DNA from: Spirochaetaceae bacterium
Lineage (GTDB): Bacteria > Spirochaetota > Spirochaetia > DSM-2461
Length of the DNA: 64,000 nt
Direction: 5' to 3'
NCBI GenBank assembly: GCA_051531975.1
Contig: JAOPTT010000007.1
Coordinates: forward strand, 88,985 to 152,984
This document shows, piece by piece, positions 59,810 to 64,000 of the stretch. Each line of letters starts with the position of its first letter. Within the stretch, counting starts at the first letter, position 1. Both the position numbers and the translations under genes were made by a program. The notes below the pieces were generated by a model, which ran no database searches, was not told the origin of the DNA, and saw only the letters and a program-made list of their open reading frames with translations.

Positions 59810-60868
59810 CTAATACACTCCTATTTCCTTTGCTGTATCAAACATAGCTAAGATATTTTCTACAGGAGTCTCTTCTAAGAGATAGTCATGGCTGGCAGAA
59901 AGTATATAGTTGCCCTTTGGTTTTAAAATGGCCATTGCTTTCTTAGTTGCTTGGATAGTCAATTCTGGAGTACCGTCGATTAATATATTGTGGGAATCAA
60001 TTCCACCATTTAATATAACCTTATCTCCATATGTTTTTTTTAGATCTTGTGGATCCATCCCTAATGCATCTGGCTGAAGTGATTGAAGAGCGTCGATTCC
60101 ACTTTCTATTATTGAAGACATCAGAGGTTCATATCCCCCGCAGCAATGCATCATCACTTTCAATCTGTAGCTATGGGCCAATGCCGAAAGTTTTTTTAAT
60201 CCAGGGGTGACATATTTATCAAAAAGTTCTAATCCAACTAATGGTCCATTTTGACCCCCAAAATCATTTCCGAGAAAAAATATATCTATGGAATTCCCCG
60301 CATCTTCAAAAACGATCTTATTTACTTGAAAATAATATTCAACTATATGGTCAAATACTGCAGTTACAATTTCTGGTTCTGTATACATTTTAATAAATAG
60401 TTCTTCCATTCCAAATAGATCCATAGCATCGTGCCAGAAAGGGCTCCAGTCTCCACCGAGAATAGCATATTCCCCATTCCATTTTTTGACCTCTGTTTGT
60501 ATGTCTTTGCCTGTGTACCATTCAGCTTTAGGCCATGGATAATTTTCAATATCTTCCAAAGTTGCATTTTTTAAAGGATGACTTAAAGGCTGGCCATAAC
60601 CAATACCATTACGCTCTATGTTAAAAGGTGTTCTCATTGTTGCACCTTCACTTAACTCCTCGGTCCAGGACCTTTCTGGAGGACCTATATATTTTGGTAA
60701 TACTCGTCTAAAATCATCTCCAAATCTTCTATAAACAGCCTCTACATCTTCAACTTTAAGGTATTTCCTAGCTTTTTCAATCAACTCTGGTGACGCTCCA
60801 CACCACATAGGAACTCTATCGGGGATCTCGTGGTTTAATACCGCTACTACTCTCTCTCTTGAATTCAT
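59810..60868 (-). CDS. URO-D/MtaA-like TIM-barrel protein
   Basis: MNSRERV...PDRVP, NDFGGQNG, MHCCG, GGIDS, YILSASH, TPVENILAM. Confidence 0.88.
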   Translation of the reverse strand: MNSRERVVAVLNHEIPDRVPMWCGASPELIEKARKYLKVEDVEAVYRRFGDDFRRVLPKYIGPPERSWTEELSEGATMRTPFNIERNGIGYGQPLSHPLKNATLEDIENYPWPKAEWYTGKDIQTEVKKWNGEYAILGGDWSPFWHDAMDLFGMEELFIKMYTEPEIVTAVFDHIVEYYFQVNKIVFEDAGNSIDIFFLGNDFGGQNGPLVGLELFDKYVTPGLKKLSALAHSYRLKVMMHCCGGYEPLMSSIIESGIDALQSLQPDALGMDPQDLKKTYGDKVILNGGIDSHNILIDGTPELTIQATKKAMAILKPKGNYILSASHDYLLEETPVENILAMFDTAKEIGVY

Positions 60869-60961
60869 TTCCTCATCTCCTTTTGTATTCTCTGATATAA
60901 TAATAGCAGGGGTTATAGGTTAATACTTTGCATATAGTGAATAGATATTGTAATATAATGA

Positions 60962-61882
60962 ATGGATAAAATTACATTAGATGACTGCCCAATAGCCAAT
61001 ATTCGACTTGAAATGGGACTAAACAGATACAATATATCCGCCAGAGTTGGTAAATATTACGAATTTGATTATTCCAAGATTTCCAATGAACATCACAGAC
61101 ACGACTGTTATGAACTGGTTATTGTTTTGAATGGCAGGGGAACCTTTTGTTATAAAGAGAACAATTACATATTGAAAGAGGGTGCCCTGTTTATATCGGA
61201 ACCGGACAGTGAACATGAGATCCACATAAGTAAAAATGAAAATATGACCCTCTTATACTTTTTTGTTTATATTCAGAAGAAACAGAATAAAAGTTCCTTT
61301 ACATATAAAGAGAAAATAATTGATCAGTTTTTGGCTGGGCATAAAAATGTAGTGGAAAATCAGAATAAGATCTTTGGATATATTAACTTTTTTGAAGAGT
61401 TTATTAATAATAATGGATCAAGGAATGACCACTGGTTTATCAAAGCAGTAGAGAACTTATTATTCCACTGCCTAGAACTTTTTTGTAATGAGAAACCCCA
61501 TCAACATGGTATAGACAATCCGACTGCAGACTTATTTGAAAAGGCGTTAGACTACATTGATCAAAATCTATCTGTAAAAATATCTGCACAGAATATTTCA
61601 GACAATATAAATACATCTAAACGTAATTTATACAGAATTTTTAACAAAAATATGGACAGATCCGTCAATGATTATGTCAATGAAAAAAAGATATCCCTTG
61701 CTGAAAGCTATTTAAAAATGAATATGAGCGTCACTGAATCCGCCAGTTTAGTGGGATTCGAAAATCTATCTCAATTTAATAAACTCTTCCGTAAATATAA
61801 AAATATATCTCCAAGGGAATTCAAATCAAATTCAAGTACCGATTCCAGTGGTTATGGTCGTCGTCGAAAAACATTAATATAG
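60962..61882 (+). CDS. AraC regulator (cupin + HTH)
   Basis: HHRHDCYEL, VGFENLSQFNKLFRK. Confidence 0.92.
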   Translation: MDKITLDDCPIANIRLEMGLNRYNISARVGKYYEFDYSKISNEHHRHDCYELVIVLNGRGTFCYKENNYILKEGALFISEPDSEHEIHISKNENMTLLYFFVYIQKKQNKSSFTYKEKIIDQFLAGHKNVVENQNKIFGYINFFEEFINNNGSRNDHWFIKAVENLLFHCLELFCNEKPHQHGIDNPTADLFEKALDYIDQNLSVKISAQNISDNINTSKRNLYRIFNKNMDRSVNDYVNEKKISLAESYLKMNMSVTESASLVGFENLSQFNKLFRKYKNISPREFKSNSSTDSSGYGRRRKTLI

Positions 61883-61887
61883 TGTTA

Positions 61888-62814
61888 CTATTTTGATGTT
61901 AATCCTGAAATATAAACTTTATCACTACTGTTTAAAGACTTAACAGCAATTAATTTAAATGATTCAAATACTTTTGTTTTAATTAATGGTGTCTTCTCAT
62001 ATTTCCAATTTACTCCTAATTTACTGTATTTTTCTGTTGCAAGTGGGTTAAAAGCACAAAGCTCCCAACGTGATAGGCCATCTAAAAAGTTTTCTTTTAG
62101 AAAGTTACCAATACCCTCAATATTTTTAATTGTACCTGTATCCTTCAATATAATAGGAGTTCTTATCCATACTTCTACCTTATTCTTTAGTTTTAAAAGG
62201 TTTTCATATATTAAAAAAGTCTCTACTCCAGTTAATTTTTTATGAATATTCTTATCGATATGCTTTAAATCGTAAAGAACTAGATCAGTATATGGCAATA
62301 TTTTTTCAAAATTATTCCAGCTAACATATCCACAGGTATCTATTGCTGTATGAATCCCAAGTCCTTTACATCTTTTTAATACCTCTACACAAAAATCAGT
62401 TTGAAGTAGGGGTTCCCCCCCACTTATTGTGAGACCACCTCCATTCATTTTCATAAATGGAATTTCTCTTTCTATTTTGATCATAATTTCATCTACAGTG
62501 TAGGTCGTTCCAATAGATTTTAATTTCTTTGTTGGACAAACTTTTGTACACTCTAAACAAGAATTACATTTGTTTTTATCTAACTGTATTGTACTGTTTA
62601 TTAATGAAAGTGCATTTGTAGGACATACTTCTATACATTGGCCACAACCAATACAGAGATCTTTTTCAAGCCACATTCCAGGACCAGTTCTAAAACTTTC
62701 AGGATTATGACACCAGCTACATCTTAAAGGGCAACCTTTAAGAAATAGAACAGTTCTTAAACCTGGACCATCATGGCATGATAACCTGTAGATATCAAAA
62801 ACATTACCTATCAT
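61888..62814 (-). CDS. Glycyl-radical enzyme activating protein with ferredoxin insert
   Basis: HDGPGLRT, GCPLRCSWCHNPES, CIGCGQC..CP, CNSCLEC..CP, SGGEP. Confidence 0.95.
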   Translation of the reverse strand: MIGNVFDIYRLSCHDGPGLRTVLFLKGCPLRCSWCHNPESFRTGPGMWLEKDLCIGCGQCIEVCPTNALSLINSTIQLDKNKCNSCLECTKVCPTKKLKSIGTTYTVDEIMIKIEREIPFMKMNGGGLTISGGEPLLQTDFCVEVLKRCKGLGIHTAIDTCGYVSWNNFEKILPYTDLVLYDLKHIDKNIHKKLTGVETFLIYENLLKLKNKVEVWIRTPIILKDTGTIKNIEGIGNFLKENFLDGLSRWELCAFNPLATEKYSKLGVNWKYEKTPLIKTKVFESFKLIAVKSLNSSDKVYISGLTSK

Positions 62815-64000
62815 AAGCTAGCGTAATTTACCCTTTGAATAAACTCTTCTTGGAATTTTTTATCCATAACAATAAAGTGGGCTGAATAACCGGTAACTTT
62901 AACAACTAACCGTTTATATTCCTCTTTTTCTGGATGTGCCATCGCATCTTTCAACTTTTCTAAGTCAATTGTATTTAAGTTAATTTGAACACCACCTAAA
63001 TTAAAGAATATCTTTGCAAAGGATTCAATTAGGTCGCTTTTTTTACTTCCTTTAGGGAAAAATGATGGCTGTATTTCAACCTGAAAAGAACCACCTTGAT
63101 ACTTGGTATAATCTAGGCTACAAAAGGATTGCATTGTTGCAGCCATTCCTTCAGTATTTCTACCATGCATAGGATTCATACCATGTGCAAAAGGTTCCAC
63201 TTTTTTTCTTCCATCTGGAGTAGCGCCTAATAATTCTCCTGCATATGTATGTCCCATATACTGGAATAGACTTGGTCTAAAATTAAAACCTTTAATATTT
63301 CTTTTACTTTCTAAAACTTCTCTAATGTGTTCCGATACTCTAACAGCCATTGCATCAACTTCTTCAATAGCATTTCCAAATTTAGGCTGATTTAAAAAAT
63401 CGTATCGCATAACTTCGTTAGATTCCCAATCTGATTCAACAGCTTCTATTAACTGGTTTAGAGTATACTTTTTATCTTCAAACACTAGTTTTTTCATAGC
63501 ATAAATTGAGTCTATAGCATTAGGAACTCCTAATACGTTAACCGATGTATAGTTATATTTAACAGCTTGCATATCAGTAACATCTCGGCCACTTTCAATT
63601 GTTCCATGCATACATAAACTAGTAATCATTTCAGGCCATACTTTAGCTTGCCATTTGTATGTCTCATTCTTAAAATCTTTTAATATCTCAGCAGTTTTAT
63701 CAATTTCTATATCGTATATTTTCCAAAATTCTTCAAAGTCTACAACACTGTTTTGGGCTGCAATTTTCATAGCTTTTTGCATTGGCTGAACTATTACAAA
63801 AGAGTTTAAATCTTGATCGTTATACTCATTCCCAACTACACAGTACCATTGGCAACCAGAATAGGACATATTCCAAGCATCCTCTTCTTTAACCCCAGAA
63901 CGTAGTTGGCTATCTCTTAATACATCAAAATTTACTAAAGTTGGGGTACCACAGTTATGTCTTGCTAATACTTCACAACCGTAATTAAAAAAGTCTGGAT
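62811..64000 (-). CDS. Glycyl-radical enzyme (5'-truncated by window edge)
   Basis: Frame stays open to 64000 (PDFFNYGCEVLARHNCGTPTLVNFD...EDAWNMSYSGCQWY); PKFGN, ATPDGR, Gly loop VKVTGYSAHF. Confidence 0.93.
   Translation of the reverse strand, partial: PDFFNYGCEVLARHNCGTPTLVNFDVLRDSQLRSGVKEEDAWNMSYSGCQWYCVVGNEYNDQDLNSFVIVQPMQKAMKIAAQNSVVDFEEFWKIYDIEIDKTAEILKDFKNETYKWQAKVWPEMITSLCMHGTIESGRDVTDMQAVKYNYTSVNVLGVPNAIDSIYAMKKLVFEDKKYTLNQLIEAVESDWESNEVMRYDFLNQPKFGNAIEEVDAMAVRVSEHIREVLESKRNIKGFNFRPSLFQYMGHTYAGELLGATPDGRKKVEPFAHGMNPMHGRNTEGMAATMQSFCSLDYTKYQGGSFQVEIQPSFFPKGSKKSDLIESFAKIFFNLGGVQINLNTIDLEKLKDAMAHPEKEEYKRLVVKVTGYSAHFIVMDKKFQEEFIQRVNYASL

Noticed and set aside
647..61225. Short antisense/nested ORFs in the track (e.g. 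3314, 5956, 11871, 18738, 27858, 53582, 54553)
   Set aside because: They lie within well-supported genes and show no motifs; treated as shadow ORFs.

Overview
Low-GC bacterial chromosomal window, probably from a free-living spirochaete (inferred from spirochaete-style lipoprotein signals, an 'FANGQKE' solute-binding-protein leader and the rny-ymdB-tlyA cluster). 1-33 kb is mostly housekeeping genes: nudC, a diguanylate cyclase, tRNA-Leu(GAG), rlmN, mnmD, rny, ymdB, tlyA, selD and mnmH/selU. Interspersed are an ECF-like transporter whose ABC ATPase motifs are divided between two ORFs, a candidate ~100-nt sRNA, a tiny tRNA-anchored island, a tricistronic HipBST-like toxin-antitoxin locus with three operators, and four modular surface lipoproteins with a shared N-terminus and different C-termini. 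33-64 kb is a large carbohydrate-catabolism region. It holds a kinase/dehydrogenase/GatZ-type epimerase/mutarotase/AKR operon, a XylA-like isomerase, MtlD and PfkB, a sugar ABC transporter, an MCP and RhaM. It also holds three cytoplasmic AraC regulators whose sensor domain is a paralogue of the transporter's own binding protein, two URO-D-like proteins, and a glycyl-radical enzyme with an atypical GCQW cysteine loop plus its activase. All calls come from reading motifs by eye; no database searches were run.
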